A stretch of DNA of 64,000 nt from Halorutilales archaeon Cl-col2-1 (GCA_041891055.1 CP169074.1:32001-96000), one strand, 5' to 3'; shown: positions 39,122 to 50,771, counted from the stretch's first letter. The notes: generated by a model from the sequence alone, not told the origin. Made by a program: numbers and translations.

Positions 39122-39655
39122 ATGACGGATTTCGAGGATCTACTCTCGAACGAGGTAGTACAGGCATATCTCCAGAAGCTTGTGGGGTCGGAGGGTATGC
39201 CTGTCGCGATGAACCCCGCCGAGGAGGAGATCACTGACGAGGATCTCGCCGAGGAACTCGACATGGAGCTAAACATAGTGAGGAGGACACTCTTCATACT
39301 CTACGAGAACGACCTCGCGTCTTACAGACGTCTCCGTGACGAGGAGACGGGCTGGCTCACGTATCTCTGGACCTTCGAGTACGACGAGATACACGACAAC
39401 CTCAAAGATGAGATGGAGAAGCTCTACGAGAGTCTCGACGAGAGGTACGAGTACGAGCGCCAGCATCAGTTCTACATCTGTGAGGTCTGTGGAATACGTT
39501 TCGAGTTCGAGGAGGCTATGGAGCTCGACTTCAACTGCCCCGAGTGTGGATCTCCGCTCGAATCGATGGACAACGACGACCTCCTTGGCGCTCTCGAGTC
39601 GAGGATGGAGAGCATAGAGGAAGAGCTTAATCTCAAGACTCCTCAGTCCCAGTAA
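39122..39655 (+). CDS. tfe: Transcription factor E (TFE alpha)
   Basis: TDEDLAE...VRRTLFILYE...YRRLRDEETGWLTYLW; Zn ribbon CEVC...FNCPECG. Confidence 0.95.
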   Translation: MTDFEDLLSNEVVQAYLQKLVGSEGMPVAMNPAEEEITDEDLAEELDMELNIVRRTLFILYENDLASYRRLRDEETGWLTYLWTFEYDEIHDNLKDEMEKLYESLDERYEYERQHQFYICEVCGIRFEFEEAMELDFNCPECGSPLESMDNDDLLGALESRMESIEEELNLKTPQSQ

Positions 39656-40332
39656 TGAAGAAGGTTCTCAACTCGAAGATCTACGTAGAGGGAGACGCCC
39701 GCGGCAGGGCACTCGACGGCGCGGAAGCCGTCATAAGAGACAGGCTCGAAGGACTCGACGTCGAGTACGAGGTACGTCTGAGGGAAGATGACAGAATAGA
39801 GGTCGAAGGGATCGGAGAAGACATAGAGATGGCTCTCAGCCTACTCGCCGACGAGTTCGGTGAGTTCGAGACCGATCCCGAGAAGGGCGAGACCTACGTC
39901 GGAACCTTGGAGTCGTGGGACGAGGACGGCTTCACAGTCGACATAGGACGCGAAGTTCTCGTGCCCGCGGAGTCTCTCGATGCCTTAGGCGCAGGAACCC
40001 CGTCACAGATACGTGAGAGGTACGGCTTAGTCCAGCACACCCCCTTAGAGGTCGTCTGGGAAGACACTCCGCACCTCTCCGACGACCAGGCTGACGAGCT
40101 CTGGGACTGGCAGAAGGGGAACGGACGTATCAATGTCAACTCGTCGACGCGCGGAGAGGTCAGGGCTACTGTCAACAGGGCTGGACACGCCCAGGACATA
40201 GTCACAGTCGAACGTCTCGGCTTCTTAGAACAGAGCATAATCTGTAAGCAGGACACAGACCCGCCGGGTCTCTTGGCGGAGATAGGCAAGTACATACAGG
40301 GTGAGATGAAGTGCGTCGTGGCGTCGTCTTAG
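39655..40332 (+). CDS. DUF2110 family protein
   Basis: Conserved downstream neighbour of tfe; RAGHAQDI...ERLGFLEQSIICK..TDPPGL. Confidence 0.85.
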   Translation: MKKVLNSKIYVEGDARGRALDGAEAVIRDRLEGLDVEYEVRLREDDRIEVEGIGEDIEMALSLLADEFGEFETDPEKGETYVGTLESWDEDGFTVDIGREVLVPAESLDALGAGTPSQIRERYGLVQHTPLEVVWEDTPHLSDDQADELWDWQKGNGRINVNSSTRGEVRATVNRAGHAQDIVTVERLGFLEQSIICKQDTDPPGLLAEIGKYIQGEMKCVVASS

Positions 40333-41003
40333 CCGCAGTCGTCGCGTTAGTAGTGATCTCGGGATGTATGGGATCGCCGGGGGAAGAGTCGGCGGAGTAC
40401 GACTGGGAAACCCCTGACGGTGTCGACGTCTACTACGACCTCAACTCCAACAACTACACCGCCGTTATCGACGTGAGTAACGTCGAGGGCGAGACTTTAG
40501 AGCTTTCACAGGAGGACTCATTCGGAGGACGTATACCCGTGCGCGCTACGACTGTGCGTTTCCGGTACCCCAACTCGACAGTTATAAATGCCTCCGTCGA
40601 GACCGAGTCGGAGAAGGCAGTCGTAGACCTACCATCGAACACGGGAAAGCTCGCGTACACGTCGCCTATGAGATCTAACTCGTTCGCGCGTGAGGTACCC
40701 GTGCCAATAGACGGCGATGTCGTAGTCGTCCTCCCCGAGGGCAAGGACGCCAGGAACAGGATACTCGGCGGAATATCGCCGAGTGGCTACGAGGTAGTCT
40801 CCGAGTCGCCTCTGACACTCAGATGGGACGTCAAGGGCTTAGAAGAGGGCGATACCGTTGACATCAGCTTCTACGACAGGGGTAACTCACGTCTCCTACT
40901 CTACCTCGTAGGAGGACTCATAGCCGGCGCAGTCGGCGTCTTAATCTACTTCAGACAGCGTCTCATCGATCTGCGTGAGAAGAGGAAGAAGTACGAGTAC
41001 TAG
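40311..41003 (+). CDS. DUF5803-like lipoprotein with C-terminal TM anchor
   Basis: ISGC lipobox, RFRYPNST, C-terminal TM helix plus basic tail; GTG start overlapping DUF2110. Confidence 0.7.
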   Translation: MRRGVVLAAVVALVVISGCMGSPGEESAEYDWETPDGVDVYYDLNSNNYTAVIDVSNVEGETLELSQEDSFGGRIPVRATTVRFRYPNSTVINASVETESEKAVVDLPSNTGKLAYTSPMRSNSFAREVPVPIDGDVVVVLPEGKDARNRILGGISPSGYEVVSESPLTLRWDVKGLEEGDTVDISFYDRGNSRLLLYLVGGLIAGAVGVLIYFRQRLIDLREKRKKYEY

Positions 41004-41476
41004 TCCTTCTCAAGCTCGACGAACTCAAGTGACCTACCGTGTTCACAGTCGATGTCGGAGCCTCCGGCTGTCTCCTTTATAGTGTAGTCCTCTCCGAAGT
41101 CGAGACCGTCAGGGACGCAGTACTTGTAGCCCTTGCACTCCTTCTTGTCACACGTCTCCTCGTCTATCGATACCGTCGATCCCTCGAACGCCTTCTTCGA
41201 GTCGACCTGTGCTAAGACGGGAGACTCAGTGACTTCGACCGCACGCACGCTTCCTCCGGCGTGGACTCCACAGTCGAGATCCTGACCTCCCTCACGGACG
41301 TCGACGATCCGGTAACGGACGCCCTCTTCGAGGCTGAGACACGTAGAGCTGTGAGGACAGTCGTCACAGCCCTCGGCACCGCCCTCGAATATGAACTCGT
41401 TCCCCACCTCCGCTAGCTTCTTTCCTATCAGAGTAATCTGTGTGTTCTGATGTGTTGATGTTGAGTCTGTGGACAT
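41000..41476 (-). CDS. UPF0179 family protein
   Basis: ITLIGKKLA..G.EF...CDDC...C..LEEGVRYRI...C..H. Confidence 0.87.
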   Translation of the reverse strand: MSTDSTSTHQNTQITLIGKKLAEVGNEFIFEGGAEGCDDCPHSSTCLSLEEGVRYRIVDVREGGQDLDCGVHAGGSVRAVEVTESPVLAQVDSKKAFEGSTVSIDEETCDKKECKGYKYCVPDGLDFGEDYTIKETAGGSDIDCEHGRSLEFVELEKD

Positions 41477-41596
41477 ATCCGTATATGTTCTATCTATCTT
41501 GATATGCCTTCCGTCAGACGCCCGATCCGTACTCTTCCCCAAAACCACCGAAACGAGACGTTAGTCTTAAATCCCGGACGTGTGTCTCTTGAAAAG

Positions 41597-42658
41597 ATGG
41601 AAGAAGACGAAGGCTTCAGGAAGTCTACGTGGATAAGCCTCCCGAGTGACGTCGTCGTGGGACACGGCGTCCTCGAAGAGGTCACGGACGTTCTCGACAA
41701 GTCGTCTGAGTCGGCTCTCGTCGTGACTTCATCCACGACGCGCGGGATAGCCGGGGACCGCGTCGCGGAGCAACTCGTAGACGCCGGGATGGAGTCGGAG
41801 ACGGTTGTAGTAGAGGGCGCGAGCTTCGACTCGATAGACGACGTGATATCGACCGCGGAGGAAATAGGTGCGGACGCCCTCTTAGGGGTCGGTGGGGGCG
41901 TGCCGATAGATACAGCCAAGGTTGCGTCACACCGTCTCGACGTACCGTTCGTGAGCGTCCCTACGGCGGCGTCACACGATGGAATCGTTTCGTCGCGCGC
42001 CTCTATACCCGACGGCGAGTCGCGTCACTCTGTCGCGGCGTCGCCTCCCCTAGGGGTCGTAGCCGATACACGGATACTCGCCGACGCACCTCGGCGTCTC
42101 ACAGCGAGCGGCTGTGCTGACATAATCTCGAACTACACCGCTGTCAAGGACTGGAGACTCGCACAGCGTCTCCAGAACGCGAGTTACAGCGGATACGCGG
42201 GGGCTCTGAGCGAGATGACCGCCGAGATACTTCTTGACAACGCCGACTCGATAAAGCCCGGCTTGGAGGAAAGTGCGTGGATGGTAGTCAAAGCCCTAGT
42301 CTCCTCGGGCGTCGCGATGAGTATAGCCGGGTCGTCACGTCCCGCGAGCGGGAGCGAACACAAGTTCTCTCACGCACTCGACCGTATAGACTCGAAGAGA
42401 GCTCTCCACGGAGAACAGTGCGGCGTCGGGAGCATAATGATGATGTACCTCCACGGCGATGACTGGGAACGTATAAGAGACGCACTCGAAACCATAGGTG
42501 CTCCGACGACCGCCGACGATCTCGGATTTGGGCGTGACGAGATAATCGAGGCACTCGTGACCGCCCACGAGATAAGACCCGAACGTTACACTATACTCGG
42601 AAGCGGACTCACCCCCGAAGCCGCGGAGAACGTCGCCGAGATTACGGGTGTGGTGTGA
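41597..42658 (+). CDS. egsA: Glycerol-1-phosphate dehydrogenase
   Basis: GVGGG..IDTAK, PTAASHDG, SRPASGSEHKFSHALD, LHGEQCG, RYTILG. Confidence 0.96.
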   Translation: MEEDEGFRKSTWISLPSDVVVGHGVLEEVTDVLDKSSESALVVTSSTTRGIAGDRVAEQLVDAGMESETVVVEGASFDSIDDVISTAEEIGADALLGVGGGVPIDTAKVASHRLDVPFVSVPTAASHDGIVSSRASIPDGESRHSVAASPPLGVVADTRILADAPRRLTASGCADIISNYTAVKDWRLAQRLQNASYSGYAGALSEMTAEILLDNADSIKPGLEESAWMVVKALVSSGVAMSIAGSSRPASGSEHKFSHALDRIDSKRALHGEQCGVGSIMMMYLHGDDWERIRDALETIGAPTTADDLGFGRDEIIEALVTAHEIRPERYTILGSGLTPEAAENVAEITGVV

Positions 42659-42725
42659 ACCGCTCAGGGTCAAGCGGCTTGGAACACCTAACGTCGCAAC
42701 AACAGAAGTCGGTTAGCCTAGGGGG

Positions 42726-42905
42726 TCAATCAGCCGCTTCTAACTGATCCTCGCCGAGACCCGCTATTCTCTCGTCGTCGACCTCGACGGTGTAGGTGTT
42801 GCCTCCGAACATCGTCTCGCTGACCTGTACTACCTCTCCTTCCTCTCCGTTCTTGTCGTGGTACTCGTCCTTGAGGATGATGCTGTCTCCTTTCTCGAAG
42901 CTCAT
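42726..42905 (-). CDS. Small conserved haloarchaeal SH3/KOW-like protein (59 aa)
   Basis: Manual translation MSFEKGDSIILKDEYHDKNGEEGEVVQVSETMFGGNTYTVEVDDERIAGLGEDQLEAAD*; below the ORF-track cutoff. Confidence 0.75.
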   Translation of the reverse strand: MSFEKGDSIILKDEYHDKNGEEGEVVQVSETMFGGNTYTVEVDDERIAGLGEDQLEAAD

Positions 42906-42951
42906 ACACGTAGGAAGAAGTCGATGGTCAAAAGAATTTGTTATTCGCTTT

Positions 42952-45000
42952 TTACATCTCGTCTTCTATGAAGCCGCGCGCGTCGTCGATCTCGTCTTGT
43001 GAGAGTTCGAAGGAGCCGTCTGACGACTCGACTCTCAGACCCGACTCTGTGACCTCTCCGATCACGGTAACCTCGAGATCGGTTGTCTCAGAGACAGCGT
43101 CGGCGTCGTCGGTGACAAAGACCACTCTTCCGTAGGTCTCGTCGAAGGGATCTTCGTACTCGACTGAGGCTCCGTTCTCGCCACACATCTCGGCGAGAGC
43201 GACCACGAGACCACCTTCTGAGATGTCGTGTGACGCCGAGACGGATCGAAGGCGCGCTATCTCGACGGTGTCGTCGATTACGTCTCTCGGATCGGCGTCG
43301 GTGCCGTCGACGACGACTACGGAGTCGCCAACGTCGGCTTCCGAGAGGTCTGCGCGCGGGGCGTCGGGGTCGGGTGTCCTTCCGAAGACACCGACGCTGG
43401 GTGTGGGATTTACGGCGGTTCCGAACTCCTCCGACTCATTGTAGAGGGAGACGTTTCCGCCTACGATAGGAACGTCTATCTCGTGAGCCATGTCACCTAA
43501 GCCGCCGACTGCATCGGCGAAGACGCCGTATACATCGGGTCTCTCAGGGTTTCCGAAGTTGAGACAGTCGACCATAGCGATGGGCTCGGCACCCTTGACA
43601 GCGAGGTTCATCGCGTTCTCAAAGACAACGTCGCGCGCGCCCTTCTCGGGGTCGGCGTCGACACGTTTCGAGTTACAGCCCGACGAGACCGCGAGACCCG
43701 TTCCGTCTATGTTGAGAACACAGGCGTCGTCGCCCGGCTTTACGACTGTACGTGTCTGAACCTCGTGGTCGTACTGTCGGTATACCCACCGCTTCGAGGC
43801 GTTGTTGGGGTCTGAGAGTAGGTCGAGTGCGTCCTCCTCCGTGACGTCTCTGTCGGCGTTCGGCGCGTACTCCTCGACGTCGGGCTCCTCTATTCCGAGG
43901 TCGTGTGTCGGCGCGCCGTCGGCGAGATACTCCGCGGGGAGGTCGACGACTGTCTCTCCGTCGAACTCGGCGACGTATCTCTCTCCTTCTGTGACCTCGC
44001 CTATCACAGTCGCTTCGAGGTCGTACTTGTCGGCTATCTCCTCGACAGCCTCGACGTCATCGTGATCGAGTTCGAAGAGCATCCTCTCCTGTGACTCGCT
44101 GAGGAGGATTTCGAGAGCGTTCATCCCTGTCTCGCGGAGATGTACCTCGTCCAGGTCGATACGTGCTCCCGTACCGCCTATCGCCGCCATCTCACTTGAG
44201 GCTCCCGCGAGACCCGCCGCGCCGAGGTCACGTGCCGCCTTCGCGTACTCACGTATTTCGAGTGTCGCGTCTATCAGGAGCTTCTCTGTGTAGGGGTCGC
44301 CGACCTGTACGGCGGGACGTTCCTCTGTCTCTGCCTCTTCACCTAAGTCTTCACTCGCGAACGAGGCACCGCCTAAGCCGTCTCTACCGGTCGACGAGCC
44401 GACTAAGACGAGCTTGTTCCCGGGCTGCTTACATCCCGCAGTCACGATGTCGTCCTTCTGTGCGACTCCGACACAGACGACGTTGACAAGCGGGTTTCCG
44501 TTGTACGACTCGTCGAAGAAGGTCTGTCCTCCGACGGTCGGGACGCCTATCGAGTTTCCATAGTCGGAGATTCCGTCGACGACTCCGTCGAAGAGGTAAC
44601 GCGTCTTCTCCCTCTCGAACTCGCCGAAGTAGATAGTGTCCATCAGAGCTATCGGACGAGCACCCATGCTGAGTATGTCACGGACTATTCCGCCGACACC
44701 AGTCGCGGCTCCGTCGTAGGGATCGACGTAAGAAGGATGGTTGTGGCTCTCCATTCCGACGGCTATGACTGTGTCGTCGTCAGAGCCGGAGTCAGAGTCG
44801 AGTTCGAGGACAGCGGCGTCATCGCCGGGTCCTATGTAGACGTCGTCGGAGTCACTCGGCAGATCGGAGAGAAACATACGCGACGATCTGTAGGCGCAGT
44901 GTTCGCTCCACAGGTTGACGAAGAGTGCTTCCTCGACCTCGTTCGGAGGTCTGTTTAGCTCTTCCTCGACGAGTTCGTAGTCGTCCTCGGAGAGTTCCAT
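42952..45000 (-). CDS. purL: Phosphoribosylformylglycinamidine synthase subunit PurL
   Basis: [51 protein letters not shown]. Confidence 0.97.
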   Translation of the reverse strand: MELSEDDYELVEEELNRPPNEVEEALFVNLWSEHCAYRSSRMFLSDLPSDSDDVYIGPGDDAAVLELDSDSGSDDDTVIAVGMESHNHPSYVDPYDGAATGVGGIVRDILSMGARPIALMDTIYFGEFEREKTRYLFDGVVDGISDYGNSIGVPTVGGQTFFDESYNGNPLVNVVCVGVAQKDDIVTAGCKQPGNKLVLVGSSTGRDGLGGASFASEDLGEEAETEERPAVQVGDPYTEKLLIDATLEIREYAKAARDLGAAGLAGASSEMAAIGGTGARIDLDEVHLRETGMNALEILLSESQERMLFELDHDDVEAVEEIADKYDLEATVIGEVTEGERYVAEFDGETVVDLPAEYLADGAPTHDLGIEEPDVEEYAPNADRDVTEEDALDLLSDPNNASKRWVYRQYDHEVQTRTVVKPGDDACVLNIDGTGLAVSSGCNSKRVDADPEKGARDVVFENAMNLAVKGAEPIAMVDCLNFGNPERPDVYGVFADAVGGLGDMAHEIDVPIVGGNVSLYNESEEFGTAVNPTPSVGVFGRTPDPDAPRADLSEADVGDSVVVVDGTDADPRDVIDDTVEIARLRSVSASHDISEGGLVVALAEMCGENGASVEYEDPFDETYGRVVFVTDDADAVSETTDLEVTVIGEVTESGLRVESSDGSFELSQDEIDDARGFIEDEM

Positions 45001-45066
45001 GTTGTGGTTGTGTTGTGTCTTAGCTGACTTACGCGTTCGTATTCGTATTCGTATTTTACTTCAGAT

Positions 45067-46641
45067 TCAGAGAGAGACGTACTTCGCCGACTTGATTCCG
45101 TCCTCGGATGTGATCTCATCCCTGACCTCACGCGAGACTTCGGAGTCGACGTTTAGGACTATGATAGCCTCTCCGCCCGACGACTCACGCGCGTTGAACA
45201 TTCCGGCTATGTTGATGCCGTGTTCTCCGAGCATCGAGCCGACACGTCCTATCATTCCGGGTCTGTCCTCGTTGTGGATCACGAGCATATGTCCGTGGGG
45301 GAGAGCGTCGACACGGTAGTCGTCGATGTAGACGATCCTCGGCTCGTTCTTTCCGAAGAGTGTTCCCTCGACCTTCGTCTCGTCGCCGTCCTCCGTCCTT
45401 GCTGTGACTGAGACGAGTGAGACGAAGTCCTCCGTATGTCCCGTCTTCGACTCGGTGACCTTGACTCCTCTCTCCTCTGCTAAGACCGGAGCGTTTACGA
45501 AGTTGACGGGGTCGTCGAGTATGGGCTCGAGCATCCCCTTCTGTACCGAGACGGTGAGAGGCGATGTGTCCTCGTCGGCTATCTCTCCGCTGTACTCTAT
45601 CTCAAGCTCCTCGGTGCTCGTGTCGGTTATCTGTGCTGTGAGCTTTCCTAGAGTCTCAGCGAGGTTGGCGTATGCCCTCATCTTGGGGCTTCCCGTAGCT
45701 GCGGGGGCGTTGAGTGCGTTCTCGGCGACGCCTCCCTCTAAGACGTCTATGACCTGTTCGACTATCGAGGTCGCGACGTTTCTCTGTGCCTCCTCCGTCG
45801 ACGCACCGAGATGGGGAGTGACTATGATGTCCTCGACACCGAGTAGAGGCGAGTCCTTCGGGGGCTCCTCCTCGAAGACGTCGAAGGCGGCTCCCGCTAT
45901 CTCTCCTGACTCGACGCCGTCTGCTATCGCCTCCTCGTCGACGACTCCTCCGCGTGAAGCGTGTACGAGACGTGCGTGATCCTGCATGATCTCGACCTCG
46001 TCGTGGCTGATCATGTGGTGTGTCTCGTCTGTGAGAGGAGTGTGTACGGTGATGAAGTCACCACGTCTCAGAACCTCCTCCATCGACGCGAGTTCGGCTC
46101 CGAGCTCCTCTGCACGGCTCTCGCTCACATAGGGGTCGAAGGCGACGAGATCCATTCCGAGCTTCGAGGCTCTCTTGGCGACCTGACCGCCTATACGTCC
46201 GAGCCCGAGCACGCCGAGAGTCTTGTTGTTGACCTCGACTCCTATGAAGTCGCTCTTACGCCACTCTCCGTCCTTGAGAGAGTCGTGAGCCTGAGGTATG
46301 TTACGCGCCATCGAGAGCATCAGAGTCACTGCGTGTTCGGCGGCGGCGACAGTGTTGCCCTCGGGAGCGTTCGCGACGATTATACCTTTCTGTGTCGCGG
46401 CGTCGATGTCTATGTTGTCAACACCGACGCCCGCCCTGCCTATTATCTTGAGGCTGTCGGCGTTCTCGATGACCTTCGGCGTCATCTGTGTCCCACTCCG
46501 CACGATTATGGCATCGTACTCGCCGATCTGAGACGCGAGCTCTTCCTCGGTGAGCTCGGTCTTTATATCGACGGCATACGACTCTCTGAGACGCTCAACG
46601 CCCTCGTCTGAGATCGGGTCGCTGATTAGAACCTTCGGCAT
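45067..46641 (-). CDS. serA: D-3-phosphoglycerate dehydrogenase with ACT domain
   Basis: [36 protein letters not shown]. Confidence 0.96.
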   Translation of the reverse strand: MPKVLISDPISDEGVERLRESYAVDIKTELTEEELASQIGEYDAIIVRSGTQMTPKVIENADSLKIIGRAGVGVDNIDIDAATQKGIIVANAPEGNTVAAAEHAVTLMLSMARNIPQAHDSLKDGEWRKSDFIGVEVNNKTLGVLGLGRIGGQVAKRASKLGMDLVAFDPYVSESRAEELGAELASMEEVLRRGDFITVHTPLTDETHHMISHDEVEIMQDHARLVHASRGGVVDEEAIADGVESGEIAGAAFDVFEEEPPKDSPLLGVEDIIVTPHLGASTEEAQRNVATSIVEQVIDVLEGGVAENALNAPAATGSPKMRAYANLAETLGKLTAQITDTSTEELEIEYSGEIADEDTSPLTVSVQKGMLEPILDDPVNFVNAPVLAEERGVKVTESKTGHTEDFVSLVSVTARTEDGDETKVEGTLFGKNEPRIVYIDDYRVDALPHGHMLVIHNEDRPGMIGRVGSMLGEHGINIAGMFNARESSGGEAIIVLNVDSEVSREVRDEITSEDGIKSAKYVSL

Positions 46642-46705
46642 GCTGGTTTGTTCCAGAGAAGACGCCTTGAGGCTTTCTATACCTCTCTGGTCTCAGGTTC
46701 GTGAG

Positions 46706-46803
46706 TTCGTAAATCTTGATTTCGTTAGCCCGCGAGAACGGAGTTCTCGGGACGTTCAGAAATCAAAGATTTCTGAGCCCACGAGAGCAAAGCTCTCGGG
46801 ACG
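46706..46803 (-). repeat. Two tandem 49-bp twin-hairpin units (reverse orientation; the 46706-46754 unit is partly degenerate)
   Basis: Reverse complement of 46755-46803 = CGTC CCGAGAGC TTT GCTCTCGT GGGCT CAGAAATC TTT GATTTCTG AA, the same architecture as 3602-3650. Confidence 0.88.
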
Positions 46804-46847
46804 CTTCCAAAATTGATTTATACTGATAAATCAGCATTATTCTATAT

Positions 46848-48491
46848 ATGTTAGAAGGCATGGATCTTTCGGGAGTCGAAAGCTACGAAGAGGCGAGGGA
46901 GGAGTTCGAGTGGGAGATCCCCGACAAGTTCAACATGGGTACGGCGGCGATAGACCAGCACGCCGACGACCGCGGAAGGGTCGCCCATTTCTGGGAGAAC
47001 AAGTACGGTGAGAACGAGACGTGGACATTCTGGCAGTTCCAGAAGAGAGCCAACCAGTACGGAAACGCGCTCGACGATCTCGGTATTACACAGGACGACG
47101 TCGTCGCAGTACACGTTCCCCAGCAGCCCGAGACGATAATCGCACATACCGGAACGTGGAGGTACGGCGCTATCTCACTCCCTCTCGCGTACACCTTCGA
47201 GAAGGATGGAATCCGTTACAGGCTCAACGACTCCGAGACGAAGGCGATAGTCGTCCACGAGACGAAGATGGACACTATACGTGAGATAAAGGACGACGTC
47301 GACTCTCTCGAACACATACTCATAGTTGGAGACGGAGAGCCACAGGACGACGACGAGATACTCTTCAACGACTACCTCGACGAGAAGTCGACCGAGTTCG
47401 AGCCCGCCGACACCACACCTGAGGACGACTGTCTCCTGATGTACACCTCGGGTACTACGGGAGACCCCAAGGGAGTCCTCCACGGACACAGGATACTTAT
47501 TGGACATCTCCCCGGCTTCCAGATGCTCCACAACATGGAGATGGAAGGAGTCTACTACACGCCCGCAGACTGGGCGTGGGCGGGAGGAATGTTCGACTGT
47601 CTCGTTCCCGCTCTCTTCTACGGACAGCCCGTTGTGGGTACCAACCTCGGCAAGTTCATACCCGAACAGCAGTACGAGCTCATGGAGAAGTTCGGCATCA
47701 GCCACGGCTTCGTGCCTCCGACGGCTCTCAACATGCTGAGACAGGAAGACGACGACCCCTACGACCTCGAACTAGAGTTCATCGTCTCTGGAGGAGAGTC
47801 GCTCACTCCCGAGGCTCTCGAATGGGGACAGGAACGCGGCATCCATATAAACGAGCTATACGGACAGACAGAGGCGAACCTCCTCGTCGGAAACTGCGAC
47901 AAGCTCTGGGACGTCAAGCCCGGCAGCATGGGACTTCCGTTCCCCGGACACGAGGTCGAGGTCATAGACCAGGATACCCTAGAGCCGTGTGAGCCCCGTG
48001 AACTCGGCGAGATCGCTCTCAAGGCGGACGACCCCGTCAAGTTCAAGAAGTACATAAACAAGCCCGAGAAGACCGAGGAGGTACACGAGGGCGACTGGTA
48101 CCTCACCGGAGACCTCGCCGAGAAGGACGAGGACGGCTTCATCTGGTTCCAGTCGAGAGACGACGACCTCATAATATCGTCGGGCTACCGCATAGGACCC
48201 GTCGAGGTCGAGAACGAGATCATGGAGGTTGAGGAGGTCGCCGAGGTCGCTGTCGTGGGTATACCCGACGAGGTCAGAGGAAACATAGTCAAGGCTTACG
48301 TCCAGGTCGCTGACGGCGCCGAGCCTTCCGACGGTCTCAGGGAGAAGATACAGGATCACGTCAAGAACAACCTCGCGAAGCACGAGTATCCGCGTGAACT
48401 CGACTTCGTCGACGAGTTCCCGAAGACTGCGACAGGGAAGATACGTAGGAAGACTCTCAGAGACCGCGAGATAGAGAAGCAGCAGGATTAG
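46848..48491 (+). CDS. Acyl-CoA synthetase (AMP-forming)
   Basis: YTSGTTGDPKG, YGQTE, YLTGD, SGYRIGP.EVE, PKTATGKIRR. Confidence 0.94.
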   Translation: MLEGMDLSGVESYEEAREEFEWEIPDKFNMGTAAIDQHADDRGRVAHFWENKYGENETWTFWQFQKRANQYGNALDDLGITQDDVVAVHVPQQPETIIAHTGTWRYGAISLPLAYTFEKDGIRYRLNDSETKAIVVHETKMDTIREIKDDVDSLEHILIVGDGEPQDDDEILFNDYLDEKSTEFEPADTTPEDDCLLMYTSGTTGDPKGVLHGHRILIGHLPGFQMLHNMEMEGVYYTPADWAWAGGMFDCLVPALFYGQPVVGTNLGKFIPEQQYELMEKFGISHGFVPPTALNMLRQEDDDPYDLELEFIVSGGESLTPEALEWGQERGIHINELYGQTEANLLVGNCDKLWDVKPGSMGLPFPGHEVEVIDQDTLEPCEPRELGEIALKADDPVKFKKYINKPEKTEEVHEGDWYLTGDLAEKDEDGFIWFQSRDDDLIISSGYRIGPVEVENEIMEVEEVAEVAVVGIPDEVRGNIVKAYVQVADGAEPSDGLREKIQDHVKNNLAKHEYPRELDFVDEFPKTATGKIRRKTLRDREIEKQQD

Positions 48492-48584
48492 TGTAGTAGC
48501 TACGCTTTTCTGCTTTCTGCTTTTTAATCACTGTCTTCTGATCGAGCAACAAAGCCAACTTTAATTATATCTCGGGCTTACTTC

Positions 48585-49457
48585 TTGAGACAGATGGGTG
48601 CAACTTCGGGGATGAGTCGGAGGGAGCGTATACCCTTCGGGCTCGCGACTCTCGACACGATGTTCAACGGCGGCGTTCCGCGCGGAAGCTTCGTACTTCT
48701 GTCGGGAGAGACGGGAGCCGGAGCCCCCGAGTTCGCATATACGAGTGCCGCGATGGTTCTGATGGCGAGACACGCCCCTGACAGGTTCTCTGTCTACCAC
48801 GGCGGTGATGTCGAGGAGTCTAATCTGCCGAGTGACATACATTACCTGAGCTTCACGAGGAGCAAATCGGACGTCCTCAACGAACTCAGGTATGTCCTCA
48901 ATGACGACATGTACGATGTGATGACCGAGAACCTCGTCTTCAGGGACTTCTCGAAGTCGTACTTCCAGAACACAGCGGTTCCGAGGTCTTGGATGGGAGA
49001 GGAACTCAGAGGTCTCAAGGGTCTGGGAGCCTCCGAGAGCACCGAGGGTCTACTGTCGGAGTTCGCCGACTACCTAGACAGAAACGCGGGCGACAACCTC
49101 ATAATAATAGACTCTTTGACGTCGCTCGTGAGGGCGACCAACGTCCGTATAGACTGGAATGATCTCCTCGTTCTCCTAGCAGGTCTCCAGAAGATGTCGA
49201 AGGAGTGGAACGGTCTCATATACGGTCTCTTAGACGAGAAGACTCTCAGCGAGAACAGACACGAGTCTATCTCGGCGACTGTCGACGGTACGTTACATTT
49301 TGAGTGGGCGAAGGGGGAGATGCAGAGACAGAGGACTATGTACATAGGCTCGTTCAGAGGAGCGATGGCTGAGCTCAGCGAAAACGAGAACGACGTCTAT
49401 GAGACGAGCGTGACCGACGAGGGATTCGAGATAAGTAGTATAAGAAAGTACGGGTGA
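48585..49457 (+). CDS. RAD55/KaiC-like protein with degenerate Walker A
   Basis: GLATLDTMFNGGVPRGS, GETGAGAPEF (no Lys), IIDSLT; exact start codon uncertain. Confidence 0.82.
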   Translation: MRQMGATSGMSRRERIPFGLATLDTMFNGGVPRGSFVLLSGETGAGAPEFAYTSAAMVLMARHAPDRFSVYHGGDVEESNLPSDIHYLSFTRSKSDVLNELRYVLNDDMYDVMTENLVFRDFSKSYFQNTAVPRSWMGEELRGLKGLGASESTEGLLSEFADYLDRNAGDNLIIIDSLTSLVRATNVRIDWNDLLVLLAGLQKMSKEWNGLIYGLLDEKTLSENRHESISATVDGTLHFEWAKGEMQRQRTMYIGSFRGAMAELSENENDVYETSVTDEGFEISSIRKYG

Positions 49458-49466
49458 GAGAAGAGG

Positions 49467-50351
49467 ATGTCAGACGAAGAAGACGACTTCGGCTTCGGAG
49501 AGTTCGGCGACGACGAAGGCGACACTGGGGAAGAGCCAGAGCCGGAGTTAGAGCGAGTAGACGACGAGGCAGGTGACCTAGGCGATCCGGACGACTGGTT
49601 CCCCGACGTGACGAAGGGGAAGAACAAAGGCGACGAGGAGGATCTGGAGGTCGGAGAGAACCGTATAAGGACGGGTGTCAACGGTCTTGACGAGATGATC
49701 GACCGCGGAATACCCCGCGGAAGCATGATAGCAACCGTCGGAAGTCCGGGTACGGGTAAGACGACCTTCGGGATGCAGTTCATCCACGAGGGACTCTCGA
49801 ACGGAGAGAAATGCGTCTTCTTCGCGCTCGAACAGACCGAGGACTCGGTGAGATCGACCGCCGACAGTATGGGATGGGAGTTCAGCAAGTACGAGGACGA
49901 GGGCTCTCTCGAAATCGTACATATGAATCCCGTCGAGGTTGCCACGAGCCTCAACAGCATACGTAACGAACTCCCGCGTATGCTCACTGACTTCGGCGCT
50001 AGCCGTGTCGTCTTCGACTCGGTGACACTCATAGAGATGATGTTCGACACAGCGGGGGAGAGACGTAACCAGGTCTTCAGGTTCGGAAAGAGTCTCAAGG
50101 ACGCCGGAATAACAGTTCTGATGACGAGCGAGGCGGCGGACGACGACGCCTACAAGTCGAAGTACGGCATAATAGAGTACCTCGCTGACGCCTTCGTAGT
50201 CCTACGTTACGTACGTGAGGAAGGCGGCTCCGGAACACGGATGGCTGTCGAGATAGTCAAGATACGTGACACGTCCCACTCACGCAGCATAAGACCCTAC
50301 GAACTCACATCGGAGGGGATAGAGGTCTACTCACGCGCGAGTATATTCTGA
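49467..50351 (+). CDS. KaiC-domain (RAD55-like) ATPase
   Basis: GSPGTGKTT, VVFDS, EYLAD, IVKIR.T.H. Confidence 0.92.
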   Translation: MSDEEDDFGFGEFGDDEGDTGEEPEPELERVDDEAGDLGDPDDWFPDVTKGKNKGDEEDLEVGENRIRTGVNGLDEMIDRGIPRGSMIATVGSPGTGKTTFGMQFIHEGLSNGEKCVFFALEQTEDSVRSTADSMGWEFSKYEDEGSLEIVHMNPVEVATSLNSIRNELPRMLTDFGASRVVFDSVTLIEMMFDTAGERRNQVFRFGKSLKDAGITVLMTSEAADDDAYKSKYGIIEYLADAFVVLRYVREEGGSGTRMAVEIVKIRDTSHSRSIRPYELTSEGIEVYSRASIF

Positions 50352-50393
50352 CTTCTGACCTCTGACACCGGAAAAAACAGATGGAGAAAGCCG

Positions 50394-50417
50394 AAACCCG
50401 AGTTGGGTTTTAGTTTA
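50394..50417. terminator. Possible terminator between convergent genes
   Basis: AAACCC-GAGTT-GGGTTT hairpin followed by T-rich sequence; A-run at ~50372 on the other side. Confidence 0.35.
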
Positions 50418-50419
50418 TC

Positions 50420-50737
<318 letters not shown>

Positions 50738-50771
50738 TTACAAATGATCTTTTAGTATTATAATGTTTACG

